Assembly: GCA_036679645.1 (NCBI GenBank)
Contig: JAZDCY010000014.1
Span: 160,001-224,000, forward strand
Direction of reading: 5' to 3'
Source of the DNA: Gemmatimonadota bacterium
GTDB taxonomy: Bacteria; Gemmatimonadota; Gemmatimonadetes; Gemmatimonadales; GWC2-71-9
DNA length: 64,000 nt
The position numbers and the translations under genes were made by a program. Each line of letters begins with the position of its first letter. Within the stretch, counting starts at the first letter, position 1. The notes below the pieces were generated by a model. The model worked only from the letters and a program-made list of their open reading frames with translations, was not told the DNA's origin and made no database searches. Below are positions 9,411-19,230 of this stretch, piece after piece.

Positions 9411-12086
9411 TCACCGCAACGCATTCACGACGACTACGAAACGGCTTTGCGCTTCACTGGCCGGATTGGCTGGAGCCACGATTCTCGATCCATCTGGATG
9501 GACGTCGAGTCCGTAATTGTTTCCCGGGCCTTTCCCTGCATGTACCCACGCCTCGCCGAAGTAGAAACGGTCGATCACGCGCACTTGTGCTCCAAATTCG
9601 ACGGTGACCTTCGAAAACCCGGAGCTCGTTGGTGAGCCGAAGAGGGCGCTCCCGTCAGGGCTCCAGCGCGTAAGCCCTGCGGGCCCCAGGAGAGTCCGAT
9701 TGGTACCGTCTGGGAAGGCACGCAGGTAGGATCGGGCCGCCCCCCCACCTTCATCGGAGCCAACCAGGGCCCACCGCGCATCGGGTGACAATGCGATGTC
9801 TAATTCGTCCACACCTCTGGTTTGGAGAAAGGGCCGGGAAACAAGCGACGAATCCCTGGACGAGTAGAGTATGTCGCTATTAAACGGGTCATCGGGCTCT
9901 GCTTCTGGCCAGGCAAGCCAACGGCCGTCGCGGGAGACGTCGATCGGTCCTGTGATCGTGCCTTCGTAGATTGTCTCGGCGGTGCCGGCACCGTCGGCGG
10001 ATATCTTCTTGATGCTGTGATACAGTTCCGCAGCCCGGCCCAGCTCGTCACCCTCGAGGAAAAGGATAGAATCGCCACTGGGAGTCCACGCGGGGTAGGC
10101 GCCATTGGCCACGAGGCGGATCCGGCTATGCCGCTCGAGATCGTAGATCCAGATACTTGCATCGATGGAGCCCGACTGGTACGCAATTCGAGCACCGTCC
10201 GGTGAGAACCGTGGTGCACGGGTGTCTCCGGTGATGGGCAGCTGTTCCACCTGGCCGTCGGTGGAGGCGATGATCAGGGTGGCGTGCGACACGCTCTGTG
10301 CCGTCACTAGCGTTCCCGTTGCCGAGATCGCGTACTCGATCACCTGATCGGGTCGGGTAATCACCGATTCGGCAATACGAGCTTCTCTTCCCACCGTCAT
10401 GCGATCGACGTCGATTGGCTGGGCAATGACGGAGCCGTCGCCATGGCCGGTCAGAAGGTGGCCGTCGGCGTACCGGGGCTGCCAGCCGAGCGCAAGCGTT
10501 GTGCGTTCCGTTGTTGTGAGTGAGAGTGCGTCGACACGATCTTCCCAATCGCCCTCCTCGGAGGCAACCACGGAAAAAATGATGGTCTTCCCGTCGGGTA
10601 ACACGTCCGGCCATATCAACCCACGCTCGCCCGCGGCCGCATCGACCTCGAGGATCGTGGCCAACGATCCGCCAGCAGCCGATACTCGTGACAGCCCTCC
10701 TGCTCTGGTCGCGACGACGATCGTGTTGTCCGGCAACCAGACCGCCCCCTGCGGAAAGTCAAACGTTGGGTCCCTAACCACCGTGCGAGGTGCTCCCCCC
10801 GCGACTGGGACGACCCACATGGACCGATCGGTATCGCCGAAATAGCCGATCTGATTGCCGTCTGGAGAGAAGAAGAGAGTTCTCGCGCCCAAGGTCTGTG
10901 GCAACTGCCTGGCCTCGAGCTCACCAACCGGGCGCACGTAGATGTGCCGACCGCCACCGCGGGGCCCTCCCGTGTAGGCGATCATTCGACCGTCTCGTGA
11001 GATGATCGCCGCCGGGCCGCAGCACCTGAATTCAATAACGTGCGTGGAGTCCGGGCCAAACGAAAAACGTGCCGGCACCGCAGTCGGTGTCGGGGTGGTC
11101 GCGATGCGCCCGATGACGATGCCGATTAGGAGCGCCGGTATCGCGCCGGCGGTGACTAGGAGCCCCGGGGTCCGCCACCATTCCCGCTCGTGGCCGTCAC
11201 CCCGACGTACCGTGCCAGTCTCCCGGCCTCCTCTCAGCGTCGCGCGAGTAAACGACGGGTCGTTGAGCGCGCTCCCGAAGGCCGCCGCACTGTCAAACCG
11301 GTCTGCGGGAAGTTTTTCGAGCGCCTTTGCCAACGCGGCAGCGACATGTGGTGGCACCGTCTTGCGAAGCTCGGTGACCGAACGCGCCTCTTCGGTCACG
11401 ATTTTCATGATGATGGCCTGCGCGGTCGGGCCGGCGTGCGGTGGATCGCCCGCCAACATTTCGTACAGCACGCACGCGAGGGAGTAGACGTCCGATCGAT
11501 GCGTGAGATCTTTCTCCGCCGTCGCCTGCTCGGGCGACATGTAATGCGGCGTGCCGAGCGAGAGCCCGGTCTCCGTCAACCGCCCGCCCGCCGCGGCACT
11601 CACCGCCAGCGCAATGCCGAAATCCGCCACCATCGGACGGCCATTGTGCAGTAGGATGTTCTCCGGTTTGATGTCCCGGTGGATCACTCCCTGCTGGTGC
11701 GCGTAGTCCAGCGCGTCGGCGACCTCCGTCGTGATCCGCACCGCTTCTTCGATGCCCAACTGCGTTTCGCGATCCAGTTTTGCGCGCAGTGTCTCGCCGT
11801 CGATAAACGGCATGACGTAATAGAGGAAACCGTCCGCCTCGCCCGAATCGAACAGCGGTAGGACGTGCGGGTGCTGAAGATTGGCGGTGGTCGTGATCTC
11901 CTGCACGAACCGCTCGGCCCCGAGCACAGCCGCTAGTTCAGGGCGCAGCACCTTGACCGCGACCTTGCGCTGGTGCTTGAGGTCTTCGGCGAGATAGACG
12001 GTGGCCATGCCGCCACTGCCCAGCTCACGCTCGATCGTGTAGCGATCGGCGAGGGCGCTGGTGAGGCGGTCAGGAGTCGTCGTCAG
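9411..12086 (-). CDS. Ser/Thr kinase + TM + TolB/PD40-like beta-propeller (start uncertain)
   Basis: Kinase motifs intact; paralog similarity begins at CTG-ACG-ACG (LTTTPDRLTSALADRY), overlapping the upstream ATPase stop. Confidence 0.85.
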   Translation of the reverse strand: MTTTPDRLTSALADRYTIERELGSGGMATVYLAEDLKHQRKVAVKVLRPELAAVLGAERFVQEITTTANLQHPHVLPLFDSGEADGFLYYVMPFIDGETLRAKLDRETQLGIEEAVRITTEVADALDYAHQQGVIHRDIKPENILLHNGRPMVADFGIALAVSAAAGGRLTETGLSLGTPHYMSPEQATAEKDLTHRSDVYSLACVLYEMLAGDPPHAGPTAQAIIMKIVTEEARSVTELRKTVPPHVAAALAKALEKLPADRFDSAAAFGSALNDPSFTRATLRGGRETGTVRRGDGHEREWWRTPGLLVTAGAIPALLIGIVIGRIATTPTPTAVPARFSFGPDSTHVIEFRCCGPAAIISRDGRMIAYTGGPRGGGRHIYVRPVGELEARQLPQTLGARTLFFSPDGNQIGYFGDTDRSMWVVPVAGGAPRTVVRDPTFDFPQGAVWLPDNTIVVATRAGGLSRVSAAGGSLATILEVDAAAGERGLIWPDVLPDGKTIIFSVVASEEGDWEDRVDALSLTTTERTTLALGWQPRYADGHLLTGHGDGSVIAQPIDVDRMTVGREARIAESVITRPDQVIEYAISATGTLVTAQSVSHATLIIASTDGQVEQLPITGDTRAPRFSPDGARIAYQSGSIDASIWIYDLERHSRIRLVANGAYPAWTPSGDSILFLEGDELGRAAELYHSIKKISADGAGTAETIYEGTITGPIDVSRDGRWLAWPEAEPDDPFNSDILYSSRDSSLVSRPFLQTRGVDELDIALSPDARWALVGSDEGGGAARSYLRAFPDGTNRTLLGPAGLTRWSPDGSALFGSPTSSGFSKVTVEFGAQVRVIDRFYFGEAWVHAGKGPGNNYGLDVHPDGSRIVAPANPASEAQSRFVVVVNALR

Positions 12087-13257
12087 GTCTCCGACAGCTG
12101 TTGTGATAGTCTCCGGAGCGAGATCGCCTTCACCGAATCCGCCATCGGCCACTCCTCGGTCCCACCATGTACCACGTACGCCTCGCTTGGCCGCAGGGTC
12201 GTGCACGCCAATCGGAAGCCCCGAGACACGCTCGGTGCGGTGGTACGTCTGATTTCGATCGCCAGTTCGACCTTCCCACCGCGCTCGAACACGAGATCTA
12301 TCTCGGCACCGTCCGCCGTTCGATAGAAGTACGGTGTGCGGCGCTCGCCCCCGGCAGCGATGAGGTTTTCGATGGCGAAGCCATCCCAGCTCGGCCCCAC
12401 AACTGGATGGCCGATCACGTCATTCCACGTCTCGAGATCGAGCAGGGCGTGCAGCAGCCCGCTGTCGCGCACGTACGTCTTGGCAGATCGCACCAACCGC
12501 TTCCCGACATTGCCACTCCACGGCCGCAACCGCCGCACCAGGAGCAGGTCCACCAAGAGGTCAACATACCGCGCAATCGCCAGCCCGGAGACCCCCAAGC
12601 TGGAAGCCAGTCGTGAGTGGTTGAGCAGCGTACCCTGCCCGTGTGCCAGCATGCCCCAGAGCCGCGCAATCGTTTCCGCCGGCAGCCGGGGCGCGAACAT
12701 CGGCACGTCGCGTTCCAGGTAGCTCCTGATGAAGTCGCTTCTCCAGGAAAAACTCCGTGAGTCATCCTTCGCCAGGTAACTGCGCGGAAACCCGCCCCGC
12801 ACCCACAGTGTATCCACGTCACCCGCCTCCCCGGTTATCTCGCCGACCTCCAGCGGGGCCAGTTCGACATAGGCCACTCGTCCGGCCAGCGATTCGGTCG
12901 TCTGTCGCATCAGATCCAGATCGGCCGATCAAGAAGCAGGAAATGCCCCGCCGCCTCACCGGCGGCGCGACGCATATCGATCACCCCGCGGAGGATCCCG
13001 AATAGTCCCGGAGCTCGATGTATCTCATCGATCACGACGAGCTTCCCGCTCTGGGCTCGGAGAAAGGCATCCGCATCATCCAGCCGGCGACGATCGGCGG
13101 GCCGCTCCAGGTCCAGATATACCGCGTTACCCACCGCATCGGCCACGATGCGTCGCGCGAGCGTCGTCCTACCAACCTGACGCGGGCCGAGGAGCACCAC
13201 GCTGGGTTCGGAGCGAAGTCGATCCTCGATCATCGCTTGCAGGCGACGGGGTATCAC
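12083..13257 (-). pseudogene. AAA_14/DUF4143-type ATPase, frameshifted near 12930
   Basis: GPRQVGRTT Walker A and IDE Walker B in ORF 12910-13314; ESLAGR, RGGFP and EIDLV in ORF 12083-12910; adding one G restores LLGSADLDLMRQ; may be a sequencing error. Confidence 0.8.
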
Positions 13258-13416
13258 AATGGCCGTAAATTGAACGTCACACGTTAATATTACGGCCAAC
13301 GACGAGCCCATCAACCAGCGGACATCCGTCGCACCGCGGCGAGTTCGGTCATCTAGCCATCAGCGCTCCACACGTCACGCCCTATTTTGGTTGCCACTTG
13401 CAGCTGACGGTTCAAT

Positions 13417-13719
13417 TCAATTCCAAAGGGAGTTGCTGTAGACGCCCTCCCGAAACAGATCAAAACAATCGTTCACCTCCGGGTGTTCGATGCGTACTCC
13501 ACTGACGTCCGGTTCGAGATGCCGTTCAGCCACGTACGTTCGGTGCGATGCCCCATGGACGAGGACGTGATACCAAGGCTCTTCTTTGGGCGGACGGGAT
13601 CGAGCAACGTCATCGTACCACTCGTCCGAGCCTAGAAAGCATTCGTCCACTCCGATGATCACGCCTCGGTAGTCAAACTTCCGATGATGAACCGTTTGTC
13701 CAGTCGTGAAAGCGCTCAT
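13417..13719 (-). CDS. hspQ: HspQ / YccV-like protein
   Basis: F..GQ.VHHRKFDYRGVI...RPPKEEPWYHVLV...TYVAERHL; GAGG RBS. Confidence 0.8.
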   Translation of the reverse strand: MSAFTTGQTVHHRKFDYRGVIIGVDECFLGSDEWYDDVARSRPPKEEPWYHVLVHGASHRTYVAERHLEPDVSGVRIEHPEVNDCFDLFREGVYSNSLWN

Positions 13720-13726
13720 CGGAGCC

Positions 13727-14212
13727 TCACGATCGGGCGACCGCCGAGAGATCGGTTGCAAGAAGATCCTCAACGATCGCGAGATGATGTCGAGTGTGGA
13801 TGTGAATCAGTTTGATGGCCGCGTTCCGACGCATCACACCGAACACAAAGTGCTCGTACCACGCCGCAGGGTCGGCCGCTTCCGCCGACGCCAACGATTC
13901 ACGCGCACCGGCCAACAGCTGCTCGAGTTCCTCACGTGACACACTCGTAGAGGGCCGCACACGCTTCGGAGCCTGAGCGCGCCCGCGCGGCATCTTCCCG
14001 GTCGTGAGGACGATCCACTTGATCGGGGACAGCGAAGGCCGACGCGCACCGGCGGTGGATTCCACGACTGAACGCGCGATCCCATCCGCGCTCAGCAGCG
14101 TGTGATGTAGTTGTTCGCGTACGCACCAGGCGGAAACATTGGGGTTTCTCCGATCAAGGTGCGGGAAGTATTGCTCGATTTCATCCAATGCGGACGACTC
14201 GGTTCCAGTCAA
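13727..14212 (-). CDS. DinB-like family protein
   Basis: SAWCVREQLHH ... HFVFG ... IHTRHHL metal-binding pattern. Confidence 0.7.
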   Translation of the reverse strand: MTGTESSALDEIEQYFPHLDRRNPNVSAWCVREQLHHTLLSADGIARSVVESTAGARRPSLSPIKWIVLTTGKMPRGRAQAPKRVRPSTSVSREELEQLLAGARESLASAEAADPAAWYEHFVFGVMRRNAAIKLIHIHTRHHLAIVEDLLATDLSAVARS

Positions 14213-14227
14213 TTGCTTCCTCTCACT

Positions 14228-14473
14228 TCACTTGCTAGAAAAATCGTTGAACCCAGACGCCATCTTCAAGACGTAGTATTCGTCGCCCGATACGAAACCG
14301 TACTTGATGTGGACGTCACCTGGTGGTTCCTCGAAATGCAAGAACCCCACCGGCGGGACTTCCACCTGACCTTCGGAATAGAGAACAAATCCGGTTTCGA
14401 TCTCCCGGATCACCTGCGGGATATCTACCAGGCGCTTGATCTCATCGAGTTCGAGTACGGTTGTCATGGGCAT
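14228..14473 (-). pseudogene. Ornithine cyclodeaminase/mu-crystallin family, N-terminal fragment
   Basis: VPPVGFLHFEEPPGDVHIKYG...YVLKMASGF then stop at 81 aa; family members are ~320 aa. Confidence 0.7.
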
Positions 14474-14482
14474 GCCCCAAAC

Positions 14483-15121
14483 CTAGCAAACGCTCCCGAG
14501 CGCGACGCGAATGGCTTCGCCGCTGACGCCGCTCGACTCTTCCGACGCGAAGAAAGCGATCATCTCGGCGACCTCCTGAGGCGTGGCGACGCGGCCCGGT
14601 GGATACAGGGCAGCCCGGTCCTGCCAGTCCCGTGCGACCGATCGCATTAATCCGATTAATCCGTGCTTGGAGGCCGTGTAGGCGCTTCCCGCATACTCGG
14701 CGACCAGACCGGCCGTCGAACTGGTGTAGACGAGGCGTCCGTAGCCGCGTTCGACCATCCCGCGCACCACCAACCGCGAGAGGTGGAAGGGTCCGTCGAG
14801 GTTGATCCGCATCGTCTCGCTCCAGACGTTGGGATCCTGCTCCCAGATCACCCGCTCGTGGGCCGAGCCGATACCGTGATTGCAGACGAGGATGTCGATT
14901 GGTCCCAAGCGTCGCTCGGTTTCAGCGACGGCAAGCGCGCAACCCTCGCGCGTGCCGAGATCTGCGACCGTGTACTCGAGACCGAGCGCGGCCAACTCGT
15001 GTTCGCTGCGCGAGATACCCATGACCTGGGCACCACGCGCCGCCAGCAGCTCCGCGACCGCGCGCCCAATGCCTCTGCCTGCGCCCGTGACGAGCGCGAT
15101 CCGGCCCTCGACTCCTGCCAT
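14483..15121 (-). CDS. SDR family oxidoreductase with an apparent internal deletion
   Basis: TGAGRGIG and YTASK motifs; the usual 'GI.VNAV.PG.V.T' segment after the catalytic helix is missing. Confidence 0.8.
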   Translation of the reverse strand: MAGVEGRIALVTGAGRGIGRAVAELLAARGAQVMGISRSEHELAALGLEYTVADLGTREGCALAVAETERRLGPIDILVCNHGIGSAHERVIWEQDPNVWSETMRINLDGPFHLSRLVVRGMVERGYGRLVYTSSTAGLVAEYAGSAYTASKHGLIGLMRSVARDWQDRAALYPPGRVATPQEVAEMIAFFASEESSGVSGEAIRVALGSVC

Positions 15122-15245
15122 GCTCGGAACCTCCGTTGTGTCCTACGGCGTTCGCCCGGCCCGCGCCGGTGCACACTCCCTTAAGTGGGCTGCTCTGGCC
15201 TCATTGGTCAACTCCGCCGAATCCAAAGAACCGCTCGACTCGTAA

Positions 15246-16433
15246 TTGTCTCGACCGGCATATCTCCGTATGCTCCCCAAGACGGTTCTCCTCGTACCAC
15301 AGGAGGGTCACGTGACCCGTTTCTGGTTGGTGGCTTTGGCTTGCCCAGGCGTCCTCGCGGCGCAGGGGCGCTCCTTCAGGTGGACGAATCGCTACGTGCT
15401 CGGCGTAGAGCAGCAGCTGAGTGCGGGGCTGACGTTCGCGGACGTTGACGGTGATGGCGACATGGACGCGCTCGTCGCAAACGGTCGGCATTGGCCCCAG
15501 CGCAATGAGGTCTTTGTGAACAACGGAGCCGCACGCTTCACCGTGTCCTATGAGCTGGGATCGCGGAGCGCGACGACCTACGCCATCCCGGCGGGCGACT
15601 TGGACGGAGACGGCGACCCCGACGTCGTGGTTGCGAACGACATGGCAGAGAACTGGGTGTACCTGAACGACGGTGCGGGCCACTTCGAACCGGCTTGGCC
15701 GGTCGGGCCGGAGATCGAGCCCACTCGAAGCGCCCAACTCTACGACCTGGATGGCGATGGGGACTTGGACCTGCTCATCACCAACCGAGGGGCCAGCAAC
15801 GGACTTTTTCTGAACGACGGAAGCGGAAGGTTTGGACCGAAGCGCGAGTTTGGTGAGCCGCGCGGCTCGACCATTGCAGTAGCTGTAGGCGATGTCGACG
15901 GGGACGGCGACCCGGATTTGGTGCTCGCCAACCGCGACGGTCAGGCGAACCACGTGCTCCTGAACGATGGTCACCTGGGCTTCGAACAGAAGCGGGGCTA
16001 CGGCACGGGCAGCGACGAGACTCGCTCCGCGGCGTTGGCCGATCTGAATGGGGACGGCGTCCTCGACATCGTCAACGCGAACATCGGCGAGCCCAATGGC
16101 ATTTATCTGGGAGACGGAAGTGGCGGTTTCGATCGCGGCATTAGCGTGGGTGGGTCGGAGCAGTCTTACGCACTGGCCCTAGTCGATGTGGATCGCGACG
16201 GTGATATCGATGTCGTGGTAGCGAACGTTCGGGGACGAAACGAACTCTACCTGAATGATGGTTCGGGAGCGACTTGGACTCGCAGCCTGATCGGGGACGA
16301 ATCCTCCGTCACCTATGGCGTGGCCACCGCCGACCTCAACGCAGACGGGTTCGCCGATCTCGGGTTCGCCAATTCGGGCAGCGCCAACCTGATCTTCCTC
16401 AACGTCGAGGCCGAACGTAACCAGCCTGATTGA
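15246..16433 (+). CDS. Secreted FG-GAP/VCBS repeat beta-propeller protein
   Basis: About seven D(L/V)DGDGD.D repeats; signal peptide FWLVALACPGVLAAQ, so the true start is probably near 15312. Confidence 0.85.
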   Translation: MSRPAYLRMLPKTVLLVPQEGHVTRFWLVALACPGVLAAQGRSFRWTNRYVLGVEQQLSAGLTFADVDGDGDMDALVANGRHWPQRNEVFVNNGAARFTVSYELGSRSATTYAIPAGDLDGDGDPDVVVANDMAENWVYLNDGAGHFEPAWPVGPEIEPTRSAQLYDLDGDGDLDLLITNRGASNGLFLNDGSGRFGPKREFGEPRGSTIAVAVGDVDGDGDPDLVLANRDGQANHVLLNDGHLGFEQKRGYGTGSDETRSAALADLNGDGVLDIVNANIGEPNGIYLGDGSGGFDRGISVGGSEQSYALALVDVDRDGDIDVVVANVRGRNELYLNDGSGATWTRSLIGDESSVTYGVATADLNADGFADLGFANSGSANLIFLNVEAERNQPD

Positions 16434-16530
16434 GTGGATCCCTTAGAAGCCGTATCCCTCAGTGTAGTGTCGAACCCGAGGCAGCCGTGTTACACGGCTA
16501 TCCCTTCTCCGACCCGCCGATTTTCATTTT

Positions 16531-16670
16531 GTGGCGTGATTTCGGCTTTTATGGCGCGATAAGTTGTTTATTGGCGTGACATGGCTATTTGTGGCGCATT
16601 ATCGACTACACCAGATATATATGGCGCGATCTTCCATTTTATGGCGCGATGCTATATTATATGGCGCGAT
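16531..16670 (+). repeat. Phased direct-repeat array NTGGCGYGAT x7, probable operator array
   Basis: Units start at 16531, 16551, 16571, 16591, 16621, 16641, 16661 with AT-rich spacers. Confidence 0.8.
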
Positions 16671-16693
16671 ATATACAGTAGGAGAGCCACCCA

Positions 16694-18076
16694 ATGCCGC
16701 GTTTATCAAAAGCCCAGATTGAGGCTGAACTTCAAGAAATCGCGGCGCTTCTCGCCGAAAACCCCGAAGGGATGAGCCGAAGGTTACTGGCGGAGGCCTA
16801 CACCAGGAGATTCGACAAAACCATAGCCAGCCGTACGCTTCAACGCCGCTTGGAAGAACTTGTCATCCGCGGTGACGCTACCTCACACGGAGCTGGCCCA
16901 GCCACCGCATATCGGCCGGCAACCGCAGACACCAAATCCGCGCCGTCTGAAGGATATCCACCCCTCTCCGTAGCAGCCACAAAGGTCCTCGCGCTCATCC
17001 GGCAACCTCTGTCGCGCAGGCCGCCGGTTGGCTATCACCGAGACTGGCTATTCGAATATGCGCCCGGAGCAACGTGGTATCTCCCAAAGAAAACCCGAGC
17101 ACACCTACACGAGACGGGAAAAACTGCCGACGACACCAGGCCGGCCGGTACGTTCGCGCGAGACATTCTCGGACGGCTCTTGATCGATCTCGCGTGGGCG
17201 TCGAGTCGACTAGAAGGAAACACCTACACGCGCTTAGACACGCAAAACCTGCTCGAATTTGGCCAACGCGCCGAGGGCAAGGACGCTCAGGAAACGCAGA
17301 TGATCCTGAACCACAAAGCCGCCATCGAGCACTTGGTGTCGGACGCCGAATACATTGGGTTCAATCGCCCGACAGTGCTGGCACTTCATGCGGCGCTGTC
17401 TGAGAACTTGCTGGCAGACCCCGCCGACGAGGGGCGCCTCCGCGAACGCCCCGTGAGCATCACGAGAACTAGCTACACGCCGATGGCCATCCCCCAGGTT
17501 GTCCGTGAGTGCTTCGATCGTATTCTGGAATCAGTGGCGCTCATTCCCGACCAGTTCGAGCAAGCATTCTTCATGATGGTTCACGTTCCATATTTGCAGC
17601 CCTTTGTGGACGTCAACAAACGGACTTCTCGGTTGGCAGCGAACATATCGCTGGTCAACTCGAATCTTTGCCCATTGTCGTTTGTCGATGTTCCTGAAGA
17701 CGCATATGTAGAGGGAACGCTCGCCGTGTACGAACGGAAACGTATCGAGTTACTACGCGACGTTTTTGTCTTTGCATATGAGCGCTCCTGTGCGCAATAC
17801 CAGGTGGTTCGCGACGCTCTGGGGCAGCCAGATCCAATCCGTCTGCGATATCGGAACGAAATTGCTGCAGCTGTGGGAGAAGCTGTTAGGGCAGGCGACG
17901 CACCCAACACCGGCAGTCTGACGCGTCGTGGTGAGGAGCTCCAAGTGCCGAGGTCCGATTTGGACGCGTTCGCTGAAGCTGCTTTCACGGTACTGCTGAG
18001 CCTTCACGAAGGTTCAGCCGGGCGGTATGGTCTTAGGCCAAGCGAGTTTAGTGAATGGAAGGAGCGTTTTCGCTGA
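16694..18076 (+). CDS. Fic family protein with N-terminal HTH
   Basis: SSRLEGNTY; Fic-like motif YLQPFVDVNKRTSRL; N-terminal SRRLL...RTLQRRL helices; AGGAG RBS. Confidence 0.88.
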   Translation: MPRLSKAQIEAELQEIAALLAENPEGMSRRLLAEAYTRRFDKTIASRTLQRRLEELVIRGDATSHGAGPATAYRPATADTKSAPSEGYPPLSVAATKVLALIRQPLSRRPPVGYHRDWLFEYAPGATWYLPKKTRAHLHETGKTADDTRPAGTFARDILGRLLIDLAWASSRLEGNTYTRLDTQNLLEFGQRAEGKDAQETQMILNHKAAIEHLVSDAEYIGFNRPTVLALHAALSENLLADPADEGRLRERPVSITRTSYTPMAIPQVVRECFDRILESVALIPDQFEQAFFMMVHVPYLQPFVDVNKRTSRLAANISLVNSNLCPLSFVDVPEDAYVEGTLAVYERKRIELLRDVFVFAYERSCAQYQVVRDALGQPDPIRLRYRNEIAAAVGEAVRAGDAPNTGSLTRRGEELQVPRSDLDAFAEAAFTVLLSLHEGSAGRYGLRPSEFSEWKERFR

Positions 18077-18090
18077 AGACCCACCGCTGG

Positions 18091-19224
18091 CTAGCGCTTC
18101 ACGACAATCTGGATCTCCACGGTTGACCGCCCTATGAGGCGACTTCCCACAACCGTGGGCTCCGGCGCGTCAGCTCCCAGTGTCTCGTCCAGTACGGCGC
18201 GCACGGCATCCCAGTCTCGCACGTCGGCCAAATAGACCCACACACTCTCGACATCCCCGAAATCCACAGAGGCGGCCTCCAGGGTCGATCTGATCCTTGC
18301 CAACGCAACCCGGGCCTGGTCCGCAGCGTCGCTACCCCGCCCGGTCATCCCCGTGAGGTACACGCAATCACCCGTATCGATTCCGGGCGAGAACGGGATG
18401 GCCCGACGGGCTTGTCCCTCGGGCCGTACGACGCTCCTCTCGCTCGAGGACACCGCCACGCACTGAATCTCGGTGGAGAAGACGACGTTCATGAGCGCCG
18501 CACGCACGGTCGCCCTGCCCGGTGGATCCTCTTCAGGCACGAATTCCGCATAAGCCTCATTCATGAGACCGAAGCTTCGAGGGTCATCGAGGAAGACCCG
18601 GCAGGTGACCAGATCCGCGAAGCTCACCCCAGCCTCCTCCAGCACCAATCCGATGTTGCCAAATACCCGACGGGTCTGCGTCGCCACGTCACCCGTTACG
18701 GGTTGGTACGGCTGGGGATTCCTGCTGGTCGCTCCAGAGAGGAATAGCGTGTTGGCCACCTTGATTCCCCAAGAATAAGGCAGCTCCGGAGATCTCAAGC
18801 CTTCCGGTGTCACGATCTCCTTGGGGCCAGCGGCCGCGACGACTGATATCTGGATGAGAGCGTCGGGATCCAACAAGTCGGCTTGAACCGTGGCCCGAGT
18901 GGGAGGATTGGTCTGGAAATACGTACGATAGACTGCGTTCATCGCCTGGAAGTGGCGTGTGTCCCTCAGGAACACGTTGGAGACCACCACATCGGAGTAG
19001 CCGAGGCCGCGCTCCCGAAGCGCCTCACCCAGATTGTCGAGCATGAGAGCGGTCTGCCCTTCGACGCTGGCGACCGCCATCCCTCCCGATGCGGTGCCGA
19101 TCACATTCGAGATATAGACCAACTCCGCGCCTTGCGCCGAGATCCGTAGCGGCGACAGACACGCGAGAAGGAACAGGCACCCAATTACGCTGCGTCGGAA
19201 GCACGGTGCTTGCTTCATACTCAT
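18091..19224 (-). CDS. Exported multi-domain RidA/YjgF family protein
   Basis: Signal peptide; three RidA-like repeats (MNAVYRTYF..PPTRATV; MNEAYAEF..PPGRATV; PFSPG..VEI). Confidence 0.8.
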   Translation of the reverse strand: MSMKQAPCFRRSVIGCLFLLACLSPLRISAQGAELVYISNVIGTASGGMAVASVEGQTALMLDNLGEALRERGLGYSDVVVSNVFLRDTRHFQAMNAVYRTYFQTNPPTRATVQADLLDPDALIQISVVAAAGPKEIVTPEGLRSPELPYSWGIKVANTLFLSGATSRNPQPYQPVTGDVATQTRRVFGNIGLVLEEAGVSFADLVTCRVFLDDPRSFGLMNEAYAEFVPEEDPPGRATVRAALMNVVFSTEIQCVAVSSSERSVVRPEGQARRAIPFSPGIDTGDCVYLTGMTGRGSDAADQARVALARIRSTLEAASVDFGDVESVWVYLADVRDWDAVRAVLDETLGADAPEPTVVGSRLIGRSTVEIQIVVKR

Positions 19225-19230
19225 GCCAAG

